NCBI GenBank assembly: GCA_030834125.1
Contig: JAURFW010000001.1
Span: forward strand, 160,200-224,199
Reading direction: 5' to 3'
Source of the DNA: Bacteroidota bacterium
Lineage (GTDB): Bacteria > Bacteroidota > Bacteroidia > NS11-12g > UBA955
Length of the DNA: 64,000 bases
Below the pieces are notes generated by a model. It was not told the origin of the DNA. It saw nothing but the letters and a program-made list of their open reading frames with translations, and did not search any database. The translations under genes and the position numbers were made by a program. This document shows, piece after piece, positions 51,943 through 61,200 of the stretch (position 1 is the stretch's first letter; each line of letters starts with the position of its first letter).

Positions 51943-52487
51943 ACAAATAAGTTTTTTAATTCTTGGGCATCTTCTGGCTTCATTTTTCCAGCAAGTATTA
52001 AACGAATTTGCCTTCTCCTTAATGCACCAGCAAATTTCTCGTTTTCCAAATCAGTTTGGGGTTCAATTGTCGGGACTTTCACCGGCCTATTTCGAGAATC
52101 TAGAGCAACAAATGTATAATACGCTTCGTTAGACTTTATTTTTTCACCCGTAGGAATATTCTGAGCATGAACTTCAATAAACACTTCCATACTTGTGTTG
52201 AATGAACGTGTTACATAAGCGGATAAAGTAACTACATCACCCAAACGAATTGTTTCTTTGAAAGAAACGCTATCTACTGAAGCTGTAACAACAATTCGAT
52301 TTGAATGTTTTTGAGCTGCAATTGCAGCACAAATATCCATCCAATGAAGTAACTTCCCTCCCATTAGATTATTTAGTGTATTCGTATCATTGGGTAGAAC
52401 TAGTTCATTCATTTCAGTGAATGAATGTTGTGGGTTTCTTGTATCACTTTGAGCCATAGATAAAAAAAAAGCCGTTGGAGATACCAA
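51939..52487 (-). CDS. acyl-CoA thioesterase, hotdog fold (YciA/BFIT-like)
   Basis: 'NTLNNLMGGKLLHWMDICAAIAA...VVTASVDSVSF' matches the thioesterase hotdog core. Confidence 0.7.
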   Translation of the reverse strand: MVSPTAFFLSMAQSDTRNPQHSFTEMNELVLPNDTNTLNNLMGGKLLHWMDICAAIAAQKHSNRIVVTASVDSVSFKETIRLGDVVTLSAYVTRSFNTSMEVFIEVHAQNIPTGEKIKSNEAYYTFVALDSRNRPVKVPTIEPQTDLENEKFAGALRRRQIRLILAGKMKPEDAQELKNLFV

Positions 52488-52511
52488 CGGCTCAAATTTA
52501 GTGAAATCGGT

Positions 52512-52775
52512 TTATGCTTCAGCTTTATTTTCTACAGAAACGAAACTTCTTCCGTTCTTTCCTTTTCTGAAGGCAACAATACCATCAGATAATGCAAACA
52601 ATGTATGATCTTTACCGATTCCTACATTTTCACTTGGATGGTGCATTGTACCACGCTGTCGAACAATGATGTTACCTGCTTTTACGGCTTGTCCACCATA
52701 AATTTTAACACCTAATCTTTTACTATGAGACTCACGGCCGTTTTTAGTACTACCAGCTCCTTTTTTATGTGCCAT
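52512..52775 (-). CDS. rpmA: 50S ribosomal protein L27
   Basis: '[24 protein letters not shown]' at the N-terminus. Confidence 0.95.
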   Translation of the reverse strand: MAHKKGAGSTKNGRESHSKRLGVKIYGGQAVKAGNIIVRQRGTMHHPSENVGIGKDHTLFALSDGIVAFRKGKNGRSFVSVENKAEA

Positions 52776-52790
52776 GGTTTATTCTTTTAA

Positions 52791-53099
52791 TTATGCGGTT
52801 ATACTGTCGATAGTTAATAATGTATGGTAATGTCTGAAACCATTTTTCACTCTATAACCTTTTCTACGTTTCTTTTTGAAAATAATTAATTTATCTCCTT
52901 TTCCGTGCTCGGCTACGGTACAAGTTATTTTAGCTCCTTTAACTGTAGGATTACCAACTTTAACCTTGTCTCCGCCTACAAAAAGCACCTTTTCGAATTC
53001 AACTTTAGAGCCTTGTTCAGCATCTAAACGATTTACAATAAGTTTAGAGTTTTCTTGAACTCTGTATTGTCTTCCTGCTATTTCTACTATTGCGTACAT
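52791..53099 (-). CDS. rplU: 50S ribosomal protein L21
   Basis: 'MYAIVEIAGRQYRVQE' at the N-terminus. Confidence 0.95.
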   Translation of the reverse strand: MYAIVEIAGRQYRVQENSKLIVNRLDAEQGSKVEFEKVLFVGGDKVKVGNPTVKGAKITCTVAEHGKGDKLIIFKKKRRKGYRVKNGFRHYHTLLTIDSITA

Positions 53100-53261
53100 G
53101 ACGTAAAATGGGTTGCAAAGATAACCATTAACTTAGTTTTTCCTATACTTGATTGAAAAAAAATCAAGTATTTTTCTTCTTACAAATCCTTGTATACGAA
53201 AATAGACATCGCCAATTAAGAGGAATAACTACTATTAGGTTTTTGAGATATTTGAAATGGA

Positions 53262-54971
53262 ATGAAAGCACCGATTTTGAGTACAGCCCTATTACTCGTT
53301 GGAGTAGTAGGAGCACAAGAGGAAAAACCTAAAGGTTTTGACAATAGTAGTAGGAACGTAGTCTCTGGAACAGACATTCGTTTATTACCTGCTTCGAAAA
53401 TACTTATTGAACCCCTTATCCCTCAAACCCAGACTCCCAAGATCAAAGTTCAATTCGAAACACCTCAAGTTTTGTGGAAAACCGAAAAAATGGTAACTAC
53501 TGTTGAACCGGAATTCATAAAAGAAAAATCTTCAGATAGCACATATTTAGCAAATTACTTGAGAGCTGGAGGAGGGAATAATGGTCATATTTTAGGTGAA
53601 TTGTTCTTATCTAATAGACCTAATAACTTGTGGGCATACAATTTTAGTGCTCTCCACTTTCAGGCAAACAACCCAATACAAAATCAAGCATTAAGCAATA
53701 CACGAATCCAAATGAATGGTGCTAGATATTTCAAATCCTCGAGTTTGAGTACGGAGCTATTTTACCATCGTGATTATCATACCTTTTACAATGCAGATAG
53801 TGCTATTACTGAATCTAGTAGCGAAATTTCTAGACTTAATATCGAAGGCAAAACAACACAAAATTATGGAGTAAATATCAATTACAAAATGCTATCAGGA
53901 GGCAGAAAACCTGATATTCAGTGGCTCAATACAGCTCAAATTTTTGAAACTAATATTAATCAAAAAGAACAAGAGTTAAATTCAACTCTTCGTTTTTTAA
54001 CAAAAGCAAGAAAATTCTCTATATACGGTGATCTGGCATTTGATTATATCGGTTTTAATCAAGGTCTAGATTCTGGAAAGATATTCCAATCATCACAAAT
54101 ATTTGTTGACTTCAAACCGAGGATACAATTCTTTCATAAAGCTACTAACTTAGATGTTAAGGCTGGATTCAACGTTACCTACAACAACAACACTAATGAT
54201 AGTAGTAATGGAGTATTCGTTAATCCATATGTATATGCAGAAAAAGGAATCAAAGGTTTAGAAATGACCGCCTATGGAGGAATAGATGGTGGACTTCAAA
54301 AGAATTCTATTCGAAGAATACACAACCAAATGCCTTTCTTCTCTGAAAACATGACTATTAGCAATGCTTTTGAACAGATAAACGGTTTTTTCGGATTGAA
54401 AGGGAAAATTTCATCTAAATCACTTTTTAATATTGACTTTGGAGGAAATGTCATTTCCAACCAATTGATGTTTGCAAGTGCCTTAGATACCAATATTCGA
54501 AAAATGGATAGCCTCAATCCAATAAGGATAACTTACAACGATATTTCAACAATGTATTTTAGAGTTGGTGCGGAATATATTATCGGAGAAAAACTAAAAG
54601 TTGGTGCAAAAATGAGATTAAATAACTTCTCTGCAGACAATGATGTTTGGCACCTACCGGCTTTAACTTACAATATTTATGCAACATCTACGCTGTTTGA
54701 ATCTATTATGATTGAATTGGGAATTAATGGAACCGGTAGGCGTTACAATCAAATACTTTCTTATTACGAAAGTTCAAATGAACCGTATCTGAAAAAAGTA
54801 TCTTTAGACGGTATAATGAATTTATACACAAGATTAGATTATAGATTTAATGGTAAAGGCAGAATTTGGGTTCAAGGGACTAACTTATTAAACAAAAATT
54901 ATCAAGATTTTTACGGATATACAACTTATGGTTTAAGCTTGATGGGTGGCATAAGCCTTGGTTTGTTCTAG
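53262..54971 (+). CDS. hypothetical outer-membrane beta-barrel protein
   Basis: It has a signal peptide and abundant amphipathic beta-strand patterns. The C-terminal strand '...GGISLGLF' ends in Phe. Confidence 0.45.
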   Translation: MKAPILSTALLLVGVVGAQEEKPKGFDNSSRNVVSGTDIRLLPASKILIEPLIPQTQTPKIKVQFETPQVLWKTEKMVTTVEPEFIKEKSSDSTYLANYLRAGGGNNGHILGELFLSNRPNNLWAYNFSALHFQANNPIQNQALSNTRIQMNGARYFKSSSLSTELFYHRDYHTFYNADSAITESSSEISRLNIEGKTTQNYGVNINYKMLSGGRKPDIQWLNTAQIFETNINQKEQELNSTLRFLTKARKFSIYGDLAFDYIGFNQGLDSGKIFQSSQIFVDFKPRIQFFHKATNLDVKAGFNVTYNNNTNDSSNGVFVNPYVYAEKGIKGLEMTAYGGIDGGLQKNSIRRIHNQMPFFSENMTISNAFEQINGFFGLKGKISSKSLFNIDFGGNVISNQLMFASALDTNIRKMDSLNPIRITYNDISTMYFRVGAEYIIGEKLKVGAKMRLNNFSADNDVWHLPALTYNIYATSTLFESIMIELGINGTGRRYNQILSYYESSNEPYLKKVSLDGIMNLYTRLDYRFNGKGRIWVQGTNLLNKNYQDFYGYTTYGLSLMGGISLGLF

Positions 54972-54994
54972 AGTATTTGTATCTTTGTTATTAA

Positions 54995-56098
54995 GTGAAA
55001 AATGCTTTTAAACATATTGTAAAGGAAGTTCTTGTCAGAGATCAGTTTGTGACCCTACCTGGACTAGGCTCTTTTATTGTAAAAGAGTTAAATTCAACAA
55101 TTAACCCAATAAACGGTATAATTAAACCTAGACATTCTAGTATTGTATTCAATAATAAAATTTCAGTGGATGATGGAATTTTAGCAAGTCATTACAAATC
55201 TTTATTTAATATTTCTTACAAACAGGCGCAAGACTCAATAAAGCGAGAAATTAGTTTACTAAAAAACCAATTATCGGATAAAAAGTATTTCGCATTCAAT
55301 CCTTTGGGAAATTTCTTTTTTAATGAAAATTCAGGTATTTTCTTTGTACCTAAAGCGGAAAACAATATCTCTGCTCAATCATTTGGTTTAAAACCTTTAA
55401 AATGGGTTCCCAAGTCCAATAATATAAATGAATCGAGTATTAAGTTAGATAAAACTTCAACCATAGAGATTGAAGACGCGAATATCGTTGAAATTGGAAA
55501 TGAAGAAATCAAATCTAAAGAAACAAAAAACAATTCGAATTTAATATGGAGAATTGCGGCCAATTTTGTATTGATATCGGTAACTTTTGCAACATTATAT
55601 ACGAGTTCTGTAACTTGGATTAGAATCAATGAAAAAAATAATGTTGAAGCATCTCATACCTTGTTATCAAAAGCAAATAGTGAAATTTCAAAAAAAGAAA
55701 TAAGTTTTAACTCAACCGTTACTAATGAACCTGAAGAGTCAAAAGATAATTTCTTATTCATCAACGGAAAGCTTATTTCACTAAGCAAGGACAAAAAAAA
55801 TAATTCTAAGCCTTTGCAAATTATGACAAATGATGAGTTTCGTGGTCAAATAAAATCACAAAAAGGTAATTACTTTATAGTTGGAGGTTCTTATTTAACG
55901 CAAAAAGCTGCAGAATTAGAATGCAAAAATTGGAATACATCAGGAATTAATGCCACCTACATTCGTGTGAAAGGAAGCAGTCTTAATAGAATAATTATAC
56001 AAAGATTTTCCGATGAAAAAGAAGCAAGCGATTTTCTCGTTAATCTAAAAGAAACTCCGAGAATAACGGTGGGAGTTCAAGAATTAATCCTACAATAA
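54995..56098 (+). CDS. HU-CCDC81-like N-terminal domains fused to a C-terminal SPOR (peptidoglycan-binding) domain
   Basis: 'LPGLGSFIVKE' is an HU/IHF-like beta-arm motif at the N-terminus, and a TM helix is present mid-protein. The C-terminal '...FIVGGSYLTQKAAELECKNWNTSGINATYIRV' has the SPOR pattern. Confidence 0.5.
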   Translation: MKNAFKHIVKEVLVRDQFVTLPGLGSFIVKELNSTINPINGIIKPRHSSIVFNNKISVDDGILASHYKSLFNISYKQAQDSIKREISLLKNQLSDKKYFAFNPLGNFFFNENSGIFFVPKAENNISAQSFGLKPLKWVPKSNNINESSIKLDKTSTIEIEDANIVEIGNEEIKSKETKNNSNLIWRIAANFVLISVTFATLYTSSVTWIRINEKNNVEASHTLLSKANSEISKKEISFNSTVTNEPEESKDNFLFINGKLISLSKDKKNNSKPLQIMTNDEFRGQIKSQKGNYFIVGGSYLTQKAAELECKNWNTSGINATYIRVKGSSLNRIIIQRFSDEKEASDFLVNLKETPRITVGVQELILQ

Positions 56099-56935
56099 AT
56101 GAGTAAATACGTAATTGAAGCATATTTATCTACAACACAAAAGCAAAAGATAATTGCTGGTGTGTTTAGTGCAATAATTTCAATTATATTAATTCTTTTA
56201 CTTGAATTACTTACGATATCCGTACCTAATCCACCTTTTCCAAAAGAAAAAGGTGAATTATTATTAGATTTCGGACTATCTGAGACCTCGTTTGGATCGC
56301 CTAATGATGGTGGCCCATCTCCTATTCCACCAGCAAAAGGAGGAGGTGATGGAACTACCGCATCAGCCCCTAATACCTCAAATATCACGACTGGTGGAGT
56401 TGGAGATATAGTAAATTCAACTGATGAAACTTCAGAGACTTCATTGCCACCATTAGACCCACCTATAACCACTACTCCAACTGCAAATTCCAGATTAACA
56501 AAATTAAACATAGGTAAACGATCAGGTAGTACAGGTCCTGGAAATCCAAATGGCATTGAAGGTGGACAAGGAAATGTTGGTTTTGGAGGTGGAACAAATA
56601 CTGGAGGAATTAGAGGAAACGGCGGAACTCGGATTACACAAAATACTGGAAATGGATTTTTCTCTGCTACAGGATTCGCAAATCATCAGATTGCTTCTGA
56701 TGTAAAAAAAGTTGATGCGAATGGTGTAGGTGAGATCTATGCGAGAGTTGAAGTACCATGCTCTGGAGGTCCAAGATTGATTAAAATCTTACCTAAAGGA
56801 AATTACACCGGTACAGATGCTAACGCAAAGGAGGTTATGAAATATTTCCTAAGCCGTTCTAAGTTTATTAAAGTAGAAAATGGTCAGTGTCCGGAAACGG
56901 GTACCATTAAACTTAATGTAAAAAAGACCCTTTAA
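56099..56935 (+). CDS. membrane-anchored Gly/Pro-rich protein with TonB-like architecture (putative energy transducer)
   Basis: An N-terminal TM helix is followed by a Pro/Gly/Thr-rich spacer and a ~90-aa C-terminal beta-rich domain with a weak TonB_C-like pattern. It starts 1 nt after the previous gene. Confidence 0.35.
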   Translation: MSKYVIEAYLSTTQKQKIIAGVFSAIISIILILLLELLTISVPNPPFPKEKGELLLDFGLSETSFGSPNDGGPSPIPPAKGGGDGTTASAPNTSNITTGGVGDIVNSTDETSETSLPPLDPPITTTPTANSRLTKLNIGKRSGSTGPGNPNGIEGGQGNVGFGGGTNTGGIRGNGGTRITQNTGNGFFSATGFANHQIASDVKKVDANGVGEIYARVEVPCSGGPRLIKILPKGNYTGTDANAKEVMKYFLSRSKFIKVENGQCPETGTIKLNVKKTL

Positions 56936-56945
56936 TTTAAACCCC

Positions 56946-58190
56946 TTGGATTATAAAGAATGCGTTGATTTTTTGTTTCAACAACTTCCCATGTATCAAA
57001 ATATGGGCAAGATTGCTTTTAAAAAAGACTTAACAAATACGATCAAATTGCTAGAGTATTTGGACAATCCTCACCAAGGAAATACAAAATGGATTCATGT
57101 TGCTGGAACTAACGGTAAAGGAACTGTTTCATCCATCCTTTCATCAGTTTTAATTGAAGCTGGATATAAAGTTGGTCTTTATACATCACCACATCTAGTG
57201 GACTTTACCGAAAGAATAAGAATAAACGGCAAAAAAATTGATGAAGAAGCCGTAATAGACTTTGTTCTAAGAATTTCGCCTATTATTAAATCAATTAAGC
57301 CATCATTCTTTGAAATTACCGTGACAATGGCATTGGATTTTTTCAGCAGATCCAATATGGATTTTGGCGTTATTGAGGTGGGGTTAGGTGGACGCATAGA
57401 CAGCACAAATGTTATTAATCCAATGTTATCAGTAATTACATCTATTGGGATGGATCATATGGATATGCTTGGCAATAGTATTGAAGAGATTGCTTTTGAA
57501 AAAGCGGGAATAATAAAATCTAGAATTTCTTGTGTTATATCAAAAGATATTTCAGTTAATGCAAAAAATATTATTTATAAACGTGCAGATGAATTAAATT
57601 CAACAATAACTGAAAGCAAACGCGTTTCAGATGAATTATTAAACAAATTTCCACTTTCAGGTAATTATCAAAAGCAAAACCTTTCAACAGCTTTTCAGGC
57701 TATATCCGTAATAAATGATCTACAATACCCTATTTCGAATGAAAATATCAACTCTGGATTAAGGAATATTGTAAATAATACTGGATTAAGAGGCAGATGG
57801 GAAATTTACAAATCTTCACCATTGGTAATCTTAGATACCGGGCATAATATTGACGGCGTGAGTTCCAATATAAACCAATTAAGATCTCAATATCCAAATA
57901 AAATAATTCATGTCATTTGGGGAATGGTAAATGATAAGGATAGAAAATCAATCTTATCATTATTGCCAAAGGAATGGAAATATTATGTGGTGAAACCACA
58001 AGTACCAAGAGGGCTAGACTCTCAAGTATTGGCAACAGAAATGAACTCAAACAAATTAAATGTTCAAAAATTTCAAAATACCAATGATGCCTACAATTAT
58101 TTAATTGAATCAATTGATGAGAAAGATTTGATATTTATAGGTGGAAGTACATTTGTAGTTGCTGATTTTTTAAAATCTGAATTGGTATAA
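56946..58190 (+). CDS. folC: folylpolyglutamate synthase / dihydrofolate synthase
   Basis: Mur-ligase family. The P-loop 'HVAGTNGKGTVSS' and the FolC-type central and C-terminal domains are present. Confidence 0.85.
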   Translation: MDYKECVDFLFQQLPMYQNMGKIAFKKDLTNTIKLLEYLDNPHQGNTKWIHVAGTNGKGTVSSILSSVLIEAGYKVGLYTSPHLVDFTERIRINGKKIDEEAVIDFVLRISPIIKSIKPSFFEITVTMALDFFSRSNMDFGVIEVGLGGRIDSTNVINPMLSVITSIGMDHMDMLGNSIEEIAFEKAGIIKSRISCVISKDISVNAKNIIYKRADELNSTITESKRVSDELLNKFPLSGNYQKQNLSTAFQAISVINDLQYPISNENINSGLRNIVNNTGLRGRWEIYKSSPLVILDTGHNIDGVSSNINQLRSQYPNKIIHVIWGMVNDKDRKSILSLLPKEWKYYVVKPQVPRGLDSQVLATEMNSNKLNVQKFQNTNDAYNYLIESIDEKDLIFIGGSTFVVADFLKSELV

Positions 58191-58218
58191 ATGAAATTTA
58201 GTCAAAAGAAAAGGCGAC

Positions 58219-58250
58219 CTAATTGGGTCGCCTTTCATGTTTTCATATAA
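58219..58250. terminator. bidirectional terminator between folC and the giant surface-protein gene
   Basis: 'aaaggcgacc taattg ggtcgccttt' is flanked by T-rich sequence on both strands. Confidence 0.6.
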
Positions 58251-58257
58251 ATTATTT

Positions 58258-61200
58258 CTAACGCAGCAGTGTGATAGTTCCATTGTACACATACTCTTTA
58301 TCTTCAAAAGAAGTAATAACTACGTGGTAAACATATACACCACTTTGACATGGTTCACCAGTTTTGTCGTTACCATCCCATCCTAAATTTGGATCTTCAG
58401 TTTCAAACAACTTCTCACCCCAGCGGTTGAATATTAACATTTGGAATGTTTTAAAGTTTGTAGCTACGGGATTGAAACGTTCGTTCTGCGTTGGACCTTG
58501 TTGATCTGGTGTAAATACATCTGGAATAAATACTATTATGTCCGGACCAATATGTACTTTTCTTGTAAATGTATCCTTACATCCGTTACTAGTTGTTACA
58601 TACAAAGTAATGTTGTATAAACCAGTATCTCTTGAATAAGCAAATCTTGGATTTTCCGACATCATGGTATCATTTGGATCTCCCGTTCCAAAATCCCAAA
58701 CATAACTAAGTGAAGGACTAAATGGTAATTGCTCAACTGAACTCTTGTTTATCATAGTAAACTTCGGTAAAGCAACTGTTGTGCTAAATGATGGATCCGT
58801 TTCGAAGTATGCTTTAGGATTTGGATATGCTTCTACGTTATCAACACCAGTGATTGTTGTAGCACAAGTTCCACCGTCCGGAGTGTTATTAGTAACAGTT
58901 ACATTTATGGTATACTTTCCTTGAGTCGGATATGTAATTCCTGTTGGATACTGAAGTTGTGAGGAATCACCATTTCCAAAAGTCCACAGGTAAGATAATT
59001 GTGATTGTGGTATACCTTTAGTTTCAATTACCTCCCAATTTGTACTTAACGGTACACAACCATTAAACGAACTTAATGGATCCAATTCAGGATATGGATG
59101 AATAATAATTTGAATCGAATCAGAAACTGGAGGACAAACATCATTAGTGATAGGCACAGTGGTTACTTTAAGAAAGGCTTGCCTATTCACAGCATCCCCT
59201 GTTCCGTGTGTATATACAATATTTTCAGAGGAATTATCATCAATGGATCCATCTGAACCATTAATAACCTGCCAATTCACATTGTTATTACTCCACTTAC
59301 TCTCGCTTTGTACAGGGAACGGACTATTTTCACACTGAGGGTAAGGATTCACAGTAGTAATATTGATCTCTGGTTGAGTCCTAACCTGTAAAACATAAAT
59401 CTCCGTATCCGCACAACCATTTCCATCTGTGTAAGCTAATTTAACGTTATATGGTCCTTCAATATTTGACGTAAGCGTTGTTGTTGGCGTGAATTTATTA
59501 CCTGTTACATATTGTCCTGTCCATGATGCTGTTCCACTTGAAGGACGAGTTTGAGTCATGTCAATTCTAGTATTTAAATCCAAGTCTGGACCACTACTAC
59601 AAAGAGTCAAAGGACTTAACAATACCGCATCTGGAGTATCGTTAACAAAAACGTAGAAACTATCGGTCTTCAAACAACCAGTACCATTATTAGAATATCT
59701 GATTAAGAATGTTCCAGGACCTTCTCCTGGAGGGAACATGTGACCATCTGTTAAGGTCATTCCCACTTTAGCATGCGTCCGACTAAAATTAACTTCAGGT
59801 ACTTCATACCAACCTCCATCTCCGTTAGTTGCAGCTTGACCATTCACAGTAACATACTGATTAAGATCAATAGTATCCCAATTGACACAAACCGGATCTG
59901 GAGACAATACTTTCACATTAGGCTCACCAATTACTACGTTGGAAACAGTATCACAAGAACGGCACTGAGTTAAGATATCTGTAACACATAATTCATAATG
60001 GTAACGTCCCATATAATAATCCTCAGTAGGGTCTCCAAATAAAAATTGCCAATCTGGTGTACCCCAAGGGTTCAAATTCTGAACCACTGAGGCGCTATCT
60101 ACACCCGCAGGAACCTCGCGTGCCACCCAATCCATTGTAATACCTGTTTTAGTAGCTGGCCGTTTTACGTTATTATCCATTGATACCTGACCTAAGTCTT
60201 GACAATATATTTTAGGTACTAATTCGATAATTGGATTTCCGTTTATAATTTGAATTGTCGAGTCCTTGTTAATGCATCCATTACCATCTTGATACCAACC
60301 GTAAATTTTCTCTCTAAAGTTTTTACCGTTCTGAAGCAATGAATTATCTAAAGTACTCGTCAAAAACAAGTGTCTTGTTTCTGTTTGACTATCAACATAA
60401 TTATCTGGATTATATAGACTACCACCCCAGATTCGAACACCAGCAGTTTCGCCAACATTCAAGAAACTATTTAATAGGATATCTCCATAATCATAACATT
60501 GAGAAGGTAATGGATTCTTAGACCATTTTACAATTGGTAGAGTATGTACAAGAATCTCCATGGTATCCTTGTGCTCACAAGTATGTCCACCCTCAGTTAC
60601 CTTAGTATATAGTTCGTACTTAAAAGTTTGATCCGAACCACCATTAGCATTAGTATTCCTTGGAGACACATCATAAACCATGTCTGTACCCAATACTTGA
60701 CCTTGAGTTAAATTAGTCCATACATAGCTTCCTGTAGTCGCAATTGGTCTATGATCCGCAACTAATTTGATTACATCTTCATTACAGATAACCAAGTCGG
60801 GCCCGGCAATTGATACAACGGTATCATTTACATCCAAACGAACAGTATCGAATTGTACACAGCCCCAATCCCTTTCAGTTACTTTTACCCAATAATTATC
60901 TTCTTCATTGAAATAAACTATTTGCGTAGTATCACCCGTACTCCAAACATAATCCACTGTATCATTATTTTGAGCATCAAACATTTGAGACTCATACGTG
61001 CAGATTCTCTTATCTGGACCTAAGTCTACAATAGGCAAAGGTTTAAGGAAAATAATTGCTGTATCATAGAAAATACAACCGTCTTCATCAGTCACTTGTA
61101 TTTCAATTGCACTGTCAGAAGTAATGTTTTTAACTAATAGAGTGTTATTTGTATCACCATCAATATGAAGTAGATTTTTGAGGGTATATTCACCAGCTGA

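Noticed and set aside
56077-56556. 159-aa minus-strand ORF rich in Gly/Pro/Val
   Set aside because: It is antisense to the Gly/Pro-rich linker of the TonB-like gene, a compositional mirror ORF. It has no start context and lies entirely inside a better-supported gene.
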